Shown here piece after piece: positions 56,228-64,000 of a DNA stretch of 64,000 nt. The notes below the pieces were generated by a model, which was not told the DNA's origin, ran no database searches, and worked only from the letters and a program-made list of their open reading frames with translations. The position numbers and the translations under genes were made by a program. The stretch is from an uncultured Chloroflexia bacterium (GTDB lineage Bacteria > Chloroflexota > Limnocylindria > Limnocylindrales > CSP1-4), in the NCBI GenBank assembly GCA_963713975.1, contig OY970218.1, forward strand, positions 2,944,001-3,008,000, read 5' to 3'. Position 1 is the first letter of the stretch, and each line of letters opens with the position of its first letter.

Positions 56228-56878
56228 ATCAGCCGAGACCTGCGCATCAACCAGATGATCCGTGTCCCCCAGGTCCGGGTCCTCGACGAAGATGGCTCAC
56301 AGCTGGGCGTCATGCCCACGCAACAGGCCCTGGCGATGGCGCAGGAGCGTGGGCTCGACCTCGTCGAGGTCGCGCCCACGGCAGCACCCCCGGTCGTCAA
56401 GTTTCTCGACTACGGTCAGTACAAGTACGAGCTGACCAAGCGCGAGAAGGAGGCGAAGCGGAAGCAGCGCGCGGTGGAGTTCAAGGAGGTCCGCCTCTCG
56501 CCGAAGATCGGCATCGGCGACTTCGAGACGAAGGTCCACCGGGCGATCGAATTCCTGGAGGACGGTGACCGGCTCAAGGTGACCGTCCGCTTCCGCGGCC
56601 GGGAGCTCACGCACCCGGAGATCGGCCGGAGCCTGCTCGCCAAGTTTGGCGATGAGGTGAAGGAGCACGGGACCGTGGACCGGATGCCGATGCTTGAAGG
56701 CAAGTCGATGTTCATGACGCTCGCCTCGGTCCACAAGCCGCGGGTCCACGAGCACAAGATCACGGGGTCGAAGACCGAAGGGGCCGATCAGCCCGCACAG
56801 GTCCCGACGGAACCGGTCACGACCGAACCGACGCCCTCCGCCTCCCCGGCGGCCGAGGCGGCGCCAGCAGGAGAGTGA
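56228..56878 (+). CDS. infC: Translation initiation factor IF-3 (non-canonical ATC start inferred)
   Basis: RIN..IR...VR, GLDLVEVAP.A.PPV, DYG.YKYE, KEVR, RFRGRE; AAAGGGA upstream of ATC 56228. Confidence 0.93.
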   Translation: MSRDLRINQMIRVPQVRVLDEDGSQLGVMPTQQALAMAQERGLDLVEVAPTAAPPVVKFLDYGQYKYELTKREKEAKRKQRAVEFKEVRLSPKIGIGDFETKVHRAIEFLEDGDRLKVTVRFRGRELTHPEIGRSLLAKFGDEVKEHGTVDRMPMLEGKSMFMTLASVHKPRVHEHKITGSKTEGADQPAQVPTEPVTTEPTPSASPAAEAAPAGE

Positions 56879-56885
56879 GGCCCGC

Positions 56886-57083
56886 GTGCCCAAGATGAAG
56901 ACCCACAAGGGGACCCAGAAGCGAGTCGGGGTCACCGGGAGCGGGAAGTTCTACCGTGTGAAGTCCTGGCGTGGACATCACCTCGAGCTCAAGTCGTCAC
57001 GCCGCACGCGCCGCTACGCGGGCAAGGCGATCGTCGGTCCTGAGCACCAGGAACAGCTTCGCCGGCTGCTCCCGAACCTCTAG
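56886..57083 (+). CDS. rpmI: 50S ribosomal protein L35
   Basis: MPKMKTHKG..KR...TGSGK, position after infC. Confidence 0.96.
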   Translation: MPKMKTHKGTQKRVGVTGSGKFYRVKSWRGHHLELKSSRRTRRYAGKAIVGPEHQEQLRRLLPNL

Positions 57084-57092
57084 GAGCGATCG

Positions 57093-57443
57093 ATGGCACG
57101 CGTCAAGCGGGGCGTCACGTCCCACAAGCGCCACAAGCGCCTGCTCAATGCCTCCGAGGGCCGTACCGGCACGAACCGCAAGCTCGTCAAGCGGGCCCGC
57201 GAGGCCCAGCTGCACGCTCTTGCCTATGCGACCCGGGATCGCAAGCAGCGCAAGCGCGACATGCGCGAGCTGTGGATCATCCGGATCAACGCCGCCGCTC
57301 GCCTCAACGGCATCACCTACGGCAACCTGATCGCGGGCCTCAAGAAGGCGGACGTGAAGCTGGATCGCAAGATCCTCGCCGACCTCGCCGTCCGCGACGC
57401 CGCGACCTTCGGCCGGATCGCCGAGGTCGCCCGCGGCGCCTGA
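57093..57443 (+). CDS. rplT: 50S ribosomal protein L20
   Basis: [33 protein letters not shown]. Confidence 0.97.
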   Translation: MARVKRGVTSHKRHKRLLNASEGRTGTNRKLVKRAREAQLHALAYATRDRKQRKRDMRELWIIRINAAARLNGITYGNLIAGLKKADVKLDRKILADLAVRDAATFGRIAEVARGA

Positions 57444-57546
57444 CCAGCGCGGTCACGCAACCCGGACCCTCGACGTCAGCGACGATCGGGGGTTCGTGAT
57501 TCGAGGGCCACGGGGCCCGCAAGCAGGATCGGACCGGCACCAGCCC

Positions 57547-58587
57547 ATGGATCTCGCCCAGTTGACCTCGGACCTCGAAGCGCTCCGTGGCCGCGCCGTG
57601 AGTGCCGCCGGCAGTGCCCCCGACACCGCGGCACTGGATGCCCTCGAGATCGGCGTGCTGGGCAAGAAGGGCGACCTCACAGCGATCCTGCGCGGCATCG
57701 GTGGACTCCCTGCGGAGGATCGGCCCACGGTCGGTGCCGTTGCCAACGACGTCCGGTCGGCGGTGGAGGCGGCCCTGGCCGAGGCCCGCGACCGTCTCGG
57801 CTCTGCAGAGTTGACGGCCCGCCTGGCCGCCGAGACGCTGGACGTCACCACGCCCGGTCGGACGATCCGGCGTGGCAGCCTGCACCCCATCATGGAAACG
57901 GCGCGCGAGATCGCTGACGTCTTCGCCCAGTTCGGCTTCGTGGTCTACGAGGGACCCGAGATCGAGGACGACGAGACGAACTTCCGGATGCTCAACATCC
58001 CGCCCGACCACCCGGCGCGAGACCTGTGGGACACGCTGTACCTGGACCTCGACGGACAACTGCTGCGCACTCACACCAGTCCCGGGCAGATCCGGGTCAT
58101 GCACCAGGAGCGGCCGCCGATCCGGGCGCTCCTGCCGGGCCGCTGCTTCCGCTACGAGGCCGTCGATGCCAGCCACGCGTCCGAGTTCTTTCAGGTGGAG
58201 GGACTGATGGTCGACGAGGGCACGTCCATGGCCGACCTCAAGGGCCTGTTGGACCAGTTCGCCCACGCGCTGTTCGGCTCGGACCGTCCCACCCGCTTCC
58301 GCCCCGGCTACTACCCGTTCACGGAGCCGTCGGTCGCGTTCGACATCCTGTGCGTCATCTGCAACGGCGAGAAGTGCCCGGCATGCTCGCGCACCGGCTG
58401 GATGACCATCCTGGGGGCAGGCATGGTCCACCCGGTGACGCTCCGCTACGGGGGGATCGACCCGGAGCGGTACCAGGGCTTCGCCTTTGGCATGGGCGTG
58501 GAACGCATCGCCAACCTGCGCCACGCCGTCGCCGACCTCCGCCTCTACATGGAGGACGACCTGCGCTTCCTGGGAGCCTTCCGATGA
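57547..58587 (+). CDS. pheS: Phenylalanine--tRNA ligase alpha subunit
   Basis: G.LHP, HPARD..DT, LLRTHTS, FFQVEG, YYPFTEPS, GAGMVHP, GFAFGMG.ER. Confidence 0.97.
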   Translation: MDLAQLTSDLEALRGRAVSAAGSAPDTAALDALEIGVLGKKGDLTAILRGIGGLPAEDRPTVGAVANDVRSAVEAALAEARDRLGSAELTARLAAETLDVTTPGRTIRRGSLHPIMETAREIADVFAQFGFVVYEGPEIEDDETNFRMLNIPPDHPARDLWDTLYLDLDGQLLRTHTSPGQIRVMHQERPPIRALLPGRCFRYEAVDASHASEFFQVEGLMVDEGTSMADLKGLLDQFAHALFGSDRPTRFRPGYYPFTEPSVAFDILCVICNGEKCPACSRTGWMTILGAGMVHPVTLRYGGIDPERYQGFAFGMGVERIANLRHAVADLRLYMEDDLRFLGAFR

Positions 58588-61085
58588 GAGTTCCGCTGTC
58601 GTGGCTGCGTGACTTCGTCGATATCCAGCTCACGCCGGAGCAGCTCGCGGAGCGGCTCACGCTGCTGGGCATGGAGGTCAAGCACCTCGAGCGCTGGGGG
58701 GCGGACTGGGAGAACGTCGTCACGGGCGAGCTCCTCTCGGTCGAGAAGCACCCTCGCGCGGACCGCCTCTCGCTGACGACGGTGACCCTCGGCGACGGGC
58801 GGGAGCCGATGTCGATCGTGTGCGGGGCCACCAACATCGCCCCGGGCCAGCGCATCCCCGTGGCCTTGCCCGGCGCCGTCCTGCCCGGCGACCGGCGAAT
58901 CGAGCGCGCCGAGAAGATGGGGGTCGTGTCCAACGGGATGCTGTGCTCCGGCGAGGAGCTGCGGCTGACCAGCGATGCGGACGGGATCCTGATCCTGCCA
59001 GCCGGCACGCCACTGGGTGTGCCGCTCGTGGACCTGTACGGCGACACCGTCCTCGACATCGACGTCAAGCCCAACCGGGGCGATGCGCTGTCCATCCTGG
59101 GCCTCGCCCGCGAGGTCGCCGCCGCTACCCGCCAGCAGGTCCGGCTGCCTCGCATCGAGGTGGAGGAGGGGAGTGGCCCCGGCATCGCCGGCCGCCTCGC
59201 GGTGGAGATCCGCGATCCCGACCTGTGCACGGGCTTCGCCGGGCGATGGGTGAGCGGCGTCGCGATAGGGCCGTCTCCGGATGTCGTCCAGATGCGGCTC
59301 CTGGCCGCGGGCCAGCGGCCGATCTCCAACGTGGTGGATGCCTCGAACTACGTGATGCTGGAGCTGGGCAAGCCCATCCACACCTTCGATGCCGCGGCGA
59401 TCCACGCCGCCCCCGACGGCCGTCCGACGATCGTCGTGCGCCGGGCGACCGAGGGCGAGCGCCTCGAGACCCTGGACCACGTCCAGCGGGAGCTCAGCAC
59501 GGACACGCTGCTCATCGCAGACCCGGCCGGGCCGCTCGCCATCGCCGGTGTCATGGGCGGCGCGACCTCGGAGATCTCCGACCAGACGCGGGATGTCGCG
59601 ATCGAGTCCGCCATCTTCGACCCGGTGAGCATCCGCCGGACCGCCCAGCGGCTTGGCCTGCGGTCCGAGGCATCCAGCAGGTTCGAGAAGGGGCAGGAGC
59701 CGCGCATGGCCCGCCTCGGGGCGGACCGGACGGCCCAGTTGATCAGGGAATGGGCTGGTGGCGAGATCGTCCCGGGTGTCGTGGACGTTGCTCCCGACGT
59801 CCCGGATCCGGTGCGGGTCGCGTTCCGTCCGGCCCGCGTGAACCGGCTGCTGGGGACGGACCTCTCCGCCGCGGAGCAGCGCGACCTGTTGAGTCACGTC
59901 GGCGTGGAGACCGAGCCGGCGGTGGCCGGTGAACGGATCACGGTGGCCCTCGAGCCGCAGCCCCTGGTCGTGGAATCCGCCGAGGATGCCGTCACGGCGA
60001 TCGTGCCCACGTGGCGCCGCGACATCGCGATCGAGGCCGACGTGGCGGAGGAGATCGCCCGCGTCCGCGGCTACGAGCTCGTGCCGTCGGTCACGCCGGA
60101 CACGGCGATGCCCGCGTTCCGTCCGTCGCCACTGGAGGTCCGGCAGCTCGTCCGCGAGACCCTCGCCGGAGCCGGGCTTGCCGAGATCGTCACGACGGCG
60201 CTCGTGTCGCCCCGGCACATCGACACGTTCGTGCTCGCGGGTGAGGTGCCCTCCGTAGGCGGCGAGGCGCAGCCCGGAGGTGACGCGATCGCCGTCACCA
60301 ACCCACTCTCACGGGACCATTCCTTCCTCCGTCGCAACCTCCTCGGGAGCCTGCTCGACGTCGTCGGCGTCAACCTGCGGCACGGGTCGCAGGATATCGC
60401 CGTGTTCGAGATCGGAAAGGGCTACGCAAGGACCGGCACGGAGCCCCGCGAGTGGTGGCGGCTGGGGCTGGCGCTCGTGGGTGCCGCGGAGCCCGCGGCC
60501 TGGAACCGCGTGCGGCGTCCGTACGACATCGACGACGCCAAGGGCGTCATCGAGCTGCTGGCCCATCGGCTTGGCCTGCCACGCCCCGTGTACACGGCGG
60601 AGGCAGGGGAGACCGTGTTCCACCCCGGCCGGACCGCGCGTGTCGCAGCCGGCGATGGTCTCCGGGCGATCGTCGGCGAGCTCCACCCGCAGATCGCGGA
60701 TTCATGGGACCTCAGGACGGCAGACCGGGTGATCGTCGGGGAGGTCGCGCTGGACGGGCTGGCCGTCGGGAGGCTCCGGGCGGAGCAGACCCCGATCGTG
60801 GGCAGGTTCCCCGAGGTCGACCGGGATCTTGCGATCGTGGTCCCGGGGTCGATCACGGCCGGCGCCGTTGAGGCGGTCGTCCGTGAGCATGCGGGTGCCC
60901 TGCTGCGCGACATCCGGCTGTTCGACATCTATCGCGGCACACCCCTGGCGGACGATGAGCGCAGCCTCGCGTTCAGGGTCCGCTTCGGCACACCGGACAG
61001 GACGCTGACCGAGGTGGAGGTCGAGGCGGCAGTGGCGGGCATCGTCGCGGCCCTGCCCATCCTCGGCGGCCGCCTGCGCGCGTGA
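58584..61085 (+). CDS. pheT: Phenylalanine--tRNA ligase beta subunit
   Basis: MRVPLSWL, HP.AD.L, SNGMLCS..EL, PNRGD.LS, NYVMLELG.P.H.FD, RFEKG, EEIAR..GY, RDLA. Confidence 0.97.
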   Translation: MRVPLSWLRDFVDIQLTPEQLAERLTLLGMEVKHLERWGADWENVVTGELLSVEKHPRADRLSLTTVTLGDGREPMSIVCGATNIAPGQRIPVALPGAVLPGDRRIERAEKMGVVSNGMLCSGEELRLTSDADGILILPAGTPLGVPLVDLYGDTVLDIDVKPNRGDALSILGLAREVAAATRQQVRLPRIEVEEGSGPGIAGRLAVEIRDPDLCTGFAGRWVSGVAIGPSPDVVQMRLLAAGQRPISNVVDASNYVMLELGKPIHTFDAAAIHAAPDGRPTIVVRRATEGERLETLDHVQRELSTDTLLIADPAGPLAIAGVMGGATSEISDQTRDVAIESAIFDPVSIRRTAQRLGLRSEASSRFEKGQEPRMARLGADRTAQLIREWAGGEIVPGVVDVAPDVPDPVRVAFRPARVNRLLGTDLSAAEQRDLLSHVGVETEPAVAGERITVALEPQPLVVESAEDAVTAIVPTWRRDIAIEADVAEEIARVRGYELVPSVTPDTAMPAFRPSPLEVRQLVRETLAGAGLAEIVTTALVSPRHIDTFVLAGEVPSVGGEAQPGGDAIAVTNPLSRDHSFLRRNLLGSLLDVVGVNLRHGSQDIAVFEIGKGYARTGTEPREWWRLGLALVGAAEPAAWNRVRRPYDIDDAKGVIELLAHRLGLPRPVYTAEAGETVFHPGRTARVAAGDGLRAIVGELHPQIADSWDLRTADRVIVGEVALDGLAVGRLRAEQTPIVGRFPEVDRDLAIVVPGSITAGAVEAVVREHAGALLRDIRLFDIYRGTPLADDERSLAFRVRFGTPDRTLTEVEVEAAVAGIVAALPILGGRLRA

Positions 61086-61219
61086 CATGCAGGCGGTACC
61101 AGGCGGGCGGTCGATCGCGGTAGGGCGTTCGTCCCGTTGCGGGCCGCTCCGGCACGCTGCTACCCTTCGCCACGGGCCGGGCCCGCGGGGGATCCGGTCA
61201 CCTGCATGAGGGTGGACGC

Positions 61220-61807
61220 GTGGATATCGTCGGGTTCATCACGGGACTGAACTGGTTCGACCTGCTGGTCGGCGTGTTCCTGGGCGCGATGTTCGTCCTT
61301 GGTTTCATCCAGGGCTCGGTCCGGCGCCTGGTCGGCATCCTGTCGATCGTCTTCTCGTTCTTCCTGGCCGCCCAGCTGTCGGTCCCGTTCGGCAACTTCC
61401 TCGCGGACCACTGGACGCAGTACCCCCGCGAGTACTCCGTGACCCTCGGGTTCCTCGCGATCTTCATCGCTGCAGTCGTCGCCTTCTCCCTCCTGATCCA
61501 GGGGACGTACCAGCGGTCGCACCTGTTCGCGGACCACCCCGTGGTCGACGAGGTCCTGGGCGGGATCCTGGGCATCGTCCAGGGCCTGCTGATCCTGATG
61601 TTCCTGACCATCATCCTGGACCAGTACTTCGTGGGCCAAGCCGTGTCGGGCGACCTGGACGAGCTGCCGTACCTGCGCGAGGTGTGGACGGCGATGAACA
61701 GCTCCGAGGTCGGCAGCCTGCTGCACCAGACCGTCATCCCGAACTTCCTGCGGCTCGTGTCCTTCCTCGTGCCTGCCTCGGTGCTGGCGACCTACGGACT
61801 GGCGTGA
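61220..61807 (+). CDS. CvpA family membrane protein
   Basis: NWFDLL, GF.QG, D..LGG.LG...G; four TM; upstream of mutS2. Confidence 0.82.
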   Translation: MDIVGFITGLNWFDLLVGVFLGAMFVLGFIQGSVRRLVGILSIVFSFFLAAQLSVPFGNFLADHWTQYPREYSVTLGFLAIFIAAVVAFSLLIQGTYQRSHLFADHPVVDEVLGGILGIVQGLLILMFLTIILDQYFVGQAVSGDLDELPYLREVWTAMNSSEVGSLLHQTVIPNFLRLVSFLVPASVLATYGLA

Positions 61808-62496
61808 CCCGGGAGGCGAGGGACCGGCCCCCAGGTCCGTTCCCCCGGCAGTTGCTCGCCGGGGACACCCTGGAGGCCGCGCGTGCCCTGATCGGCGCTC
61901 GGCTGATCGCGAACGAGGACGATCCCACCGGCGCCCGTCGCTCCGGGCGGATCGTGGAGGTCGAGGCCTACGTCGGCCTCGATGACCGCGCATCCCACGC
62001 AAGGATGGGCCCGACGCTGCGGAACCGGGTCATGTTCGGGCCGCCGGGGATCGCCTACGTGTACCTTGTCTACGGTATGCACCATTGCTTGAACGTCGTC
62101 ACAGGCCCTCCCTCCATGCCTGCTGCCGTGCTCGTGCGCGCCGTCGAGCCGCTGGAAGGCCTGGAGCGAATGCGCTCCGCGAGGCTGGCCGTGGCCGCGG
62201 CCAGGCGGACCGCGCGAACCGGCGCCGCTCGCTCGCGCAGGGTCATGGACGAACGCCTCGCCTCGGGACCCGGCCTCGTCGCAGCGGCATTCTCCATCGA
62301 TCGCAGGTACACCGGCATCGACCTGTGCGATCCGGCCTCCGCCATCCACCTCGAGGCGGCCGGGCCCGGCGAGATGCCGCGTGACGTCATCGCCACGCCT
62401 CGGGTCGGAGTGGGCTACGCGGGCGAGCCTTGGGCCACCGTCCTGTGGCGGTTCATCGATCCGGGCAGTCGGTCGCTCAGCATCCCGAGGGGCTGA
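61804..62496 (+). CDS. DNA-3-methyladenine glycosylase (MPG/AAG type)
   Basis: GRIVEVEAY, D.ASH, MFGPPG.AYVYLVYGMH.C.NVV, AVLVRA.EP, SGPG, PRVGV. Confidence 0.93.
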   Translation: MTREARDRPPGPFPRQLLAGDTLEAARALIGARLIANEDDPTGARRSGRIVEVEAYVGLDDRASHARMGPTLRNRVMFGPPGIAYVYLVYGMHHCLNVVTGPPSMPAAVLVRAVEPLEGLERMRSARLAVAAARRTARTGAARSRRVMDERLASGPGLVAAAFSIDRRYTGIDLCDPASAIHLEAAGPGEMPRDVIATPRVGVGYAGEPWATVLWRFIDPGSRSLSIPRG

Positions 62497-64000
62497 TGGA
62501 CGCCCGATCCATCACGCTCCTGGAGTTCCCGGCCGTCCGAGCCCGGCTCGCAGAGAAGACCTCTTTCTCCCCGTCGCGGCGGATCTGCGAGGCGCTCCTG
62601 CCGTCCGCCGATCCCGTGATCGTCCGGCGCAGCCTCGACGAGACCGACCAGGTCCGCGCCATGCTCCAGGACCGGCCCGGCGTCGGCATCGGGGCGGCCC
62701 ACGACATCGAGCCGTTCGTCGGCCGAGCGGTTCGCGGTGGGCGCCTCGATCCGCAGCAGTTCCTCGAGATCGCGGAGACCCTGGACTCGGCCGCCCGGCT
62801 GGCGACATCCCTGGCCGACGAACGGCGGCCCCTGCTCCGCGACCTCGGGCGGCGTCTCCACCCGTTGCCGGCCCTGCGCAGCACGCTCCTGCGCAGCTTC
62901 GAACCGGCCGGGGAGCTCCTGGACACCGCCTCGCCGAGGCTGGGGGCCCTGCGTGGGTCTGTGCGTGTCGCCTACGACCGGCTTCGCCGCCGCCTGGACT
63001 CGCTGGTCGGGTCCGAGCTGGGCGGCGCCCTGCAGGAGCCACTCATCACGATGCGCAATGGGCGCTACGTGGTCCCGGTGCGTGCCGATGCGCGGTCCCG
63101 CGTGAAGGGCATCGTCCACGATGCGTCCGGGAGCGGTCAGACCCTGTTCGTCGAGCCGCTCGTGGTGGTCGAGCTGGGCAATGCCTGGCGTGAGGCACAA
63201 TCGGCGGTCGAGGAGGAGGAGGGTCGGATCCTCGATGAGCTCTCGGCCCTCGTCGCCGCCAACGCCACGCTGCTGCGGGAGACCCTCGAAGCCCTCGCCC
63301 AGTTCGACTTCTGGGCGGCCAAGGCCGAGCTCGCCGCCGAGATGGACGGTGCCCGCCCGGGTGAGGCGGAGCGCGCGGAGGTGATCCTGCTCTCGGCCAG
63401 GCATCCGGGCCTCACCGGGCGCGTGGTGCCGATCGACCTCCGATTGGGCGATGGCTACACCGCCCTCGTGATCACCGGGCCCAACACGGGCGGCAAGACC
63501 GTCGCCCTCCGGACGCTGGGCCTGCTCTCGCTGATGCACCAGGCCGGACTGCACGTGCCGGCCGAGGCGGGGTCACGGCTGCCGATCTTCAGGGACGTGT
63601 TCGCGGACATCGGGGACGAGCAGTCCATCGCGCAGTCGCTGTCCACGTTCTCCGGCCATCTTCGATCCATCACGCGGATCGTCGAGCACGCAGGTCCGGA
63701 CTGCCTCGTGCTCCTGGACGAGCTCGGCGCGGGGACCGACCCGACCGAGGGTTCCGCGCTCGCCCAGGCCTTGCTGGACCACTTCATCCGGTCTGGGGCC
63801 CTGGTGGCTGCCACGACCCATTACGCCGAGATCAAGGTCTACGCCCACGAGACCGAGGCCGCGCGCAACGCGTCCGTGGAGTTCGATCTCGACACCCTGT
63901 CGCCCACGTACCGGCTCACCATCGGCCTGCCGGGGGGCAGCCAGGCGTTCGCCATCGCCGAGCGGCTGGGCCTGCCCGACACCATCGTCGCGGATGCCCG
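62496..64000 (+). CDS. mutS2: Endonuclease MutS2, 3'-truncated by window edge
   Basis: MDARSITLLEF, GIVHD.S.SGQTLF.EP, ITGPNTGGKT, DIGDEQSI.QSLSTFS.H, LLDELGAGTDP.EG, TTHY. Confidence 0.95.
   Translation, partial: MDARSITLLEFPAVRARLAEKTSFSPSRRICEALLPSADPVIVRRSLDETDQVRAMLQDRPGVGIGAAHDIEPFVGRAVRGGRLDPQQFLEIAETLDSAARLATSLADERRPLLRDLGRRLHPLPALRSTLLRSFEPAGELLDTASPRLGALRGSVRVAYDRLRRRLDSLVGSELGGALQEPLITMRNGRYVVPVRADARSRVKGIVHDASGSGQTLFVEPLVVVELGNAWREAQSAVEEEEGRILDELSALVAANATLLRETLEALAQFDFWAAKAELAAEMDGARPGEAERAEVILLSARHPGLTGRVVPIDLRLGDGYTALVITGPNTGGKTVALRTLGLLSLMHQAGLHVPAEAGSRLPIFRDVFADIGDEQSIAQSLSTFSGHLRSITRIVEHAGPDCLVLLDELGAGTDPTEGSALAQALLDHFIRSGALVAATTHYAEIKVYAHETEAARNASVEFDLDTLSPTYRLTIGLPGGSQAFAIAERLGLPDTIVADA

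Noticed and set aside
57450-57510. Possible T-box upstream of pheS
   Set aside because: Only an imperfect hairpin in a ~100-bp gap; no GGTGGNACC T-box motif or stem I

Overview
High-GC (roughly 70% by eye) bacterial chromosome segment. The gene content (T-box-regulated thrS, DUF951, two DUF881, CvpA-MPG-MutS2, many apparently leaderless genes) suggests a monoderm lineage such as Chloroflexota; this taxonomy is inference only. Most of the window is housekeeping: Moco genes moeA-moaC-mog, an Fe-S oxidoreductase/acyl-CoA dehydrogenase/ETF cluster, nrdR-dcd, ccdA/TlpA, ettA, tRNA-Val-thrS-infC-rpmI-rplT-pheST and mutS2. The notable part is an ~8.8 kb element inserted at the 3' end of tRNA-Arg(CCT) and bounded by a perfect 16-bp direct repeat (14671-14686 / 23419-23434). 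It encodes a large serine recombinase whose C-terminus crosses the att site, so integration/excision swaps the tail and the excised form ends in an ssrA-like ...YVGAA. It also carries a TerS-like HTH protein, a degenerate HNH, an AAA_25/RepA-like helicase with an adjacent iteron array, NrdR-box-like sites, several structured non-coding segments, and a divergent DUF5343-TIGR02391(HEPN-like)-Mrr cargo. No capsid, primase or repressor gene was recognised. It looks like a compact phage-satellite-like element that may be controlled by host NrdR, RNA structure and proteolysis. All family assignments come from motif recognition by eye, not from database searches.
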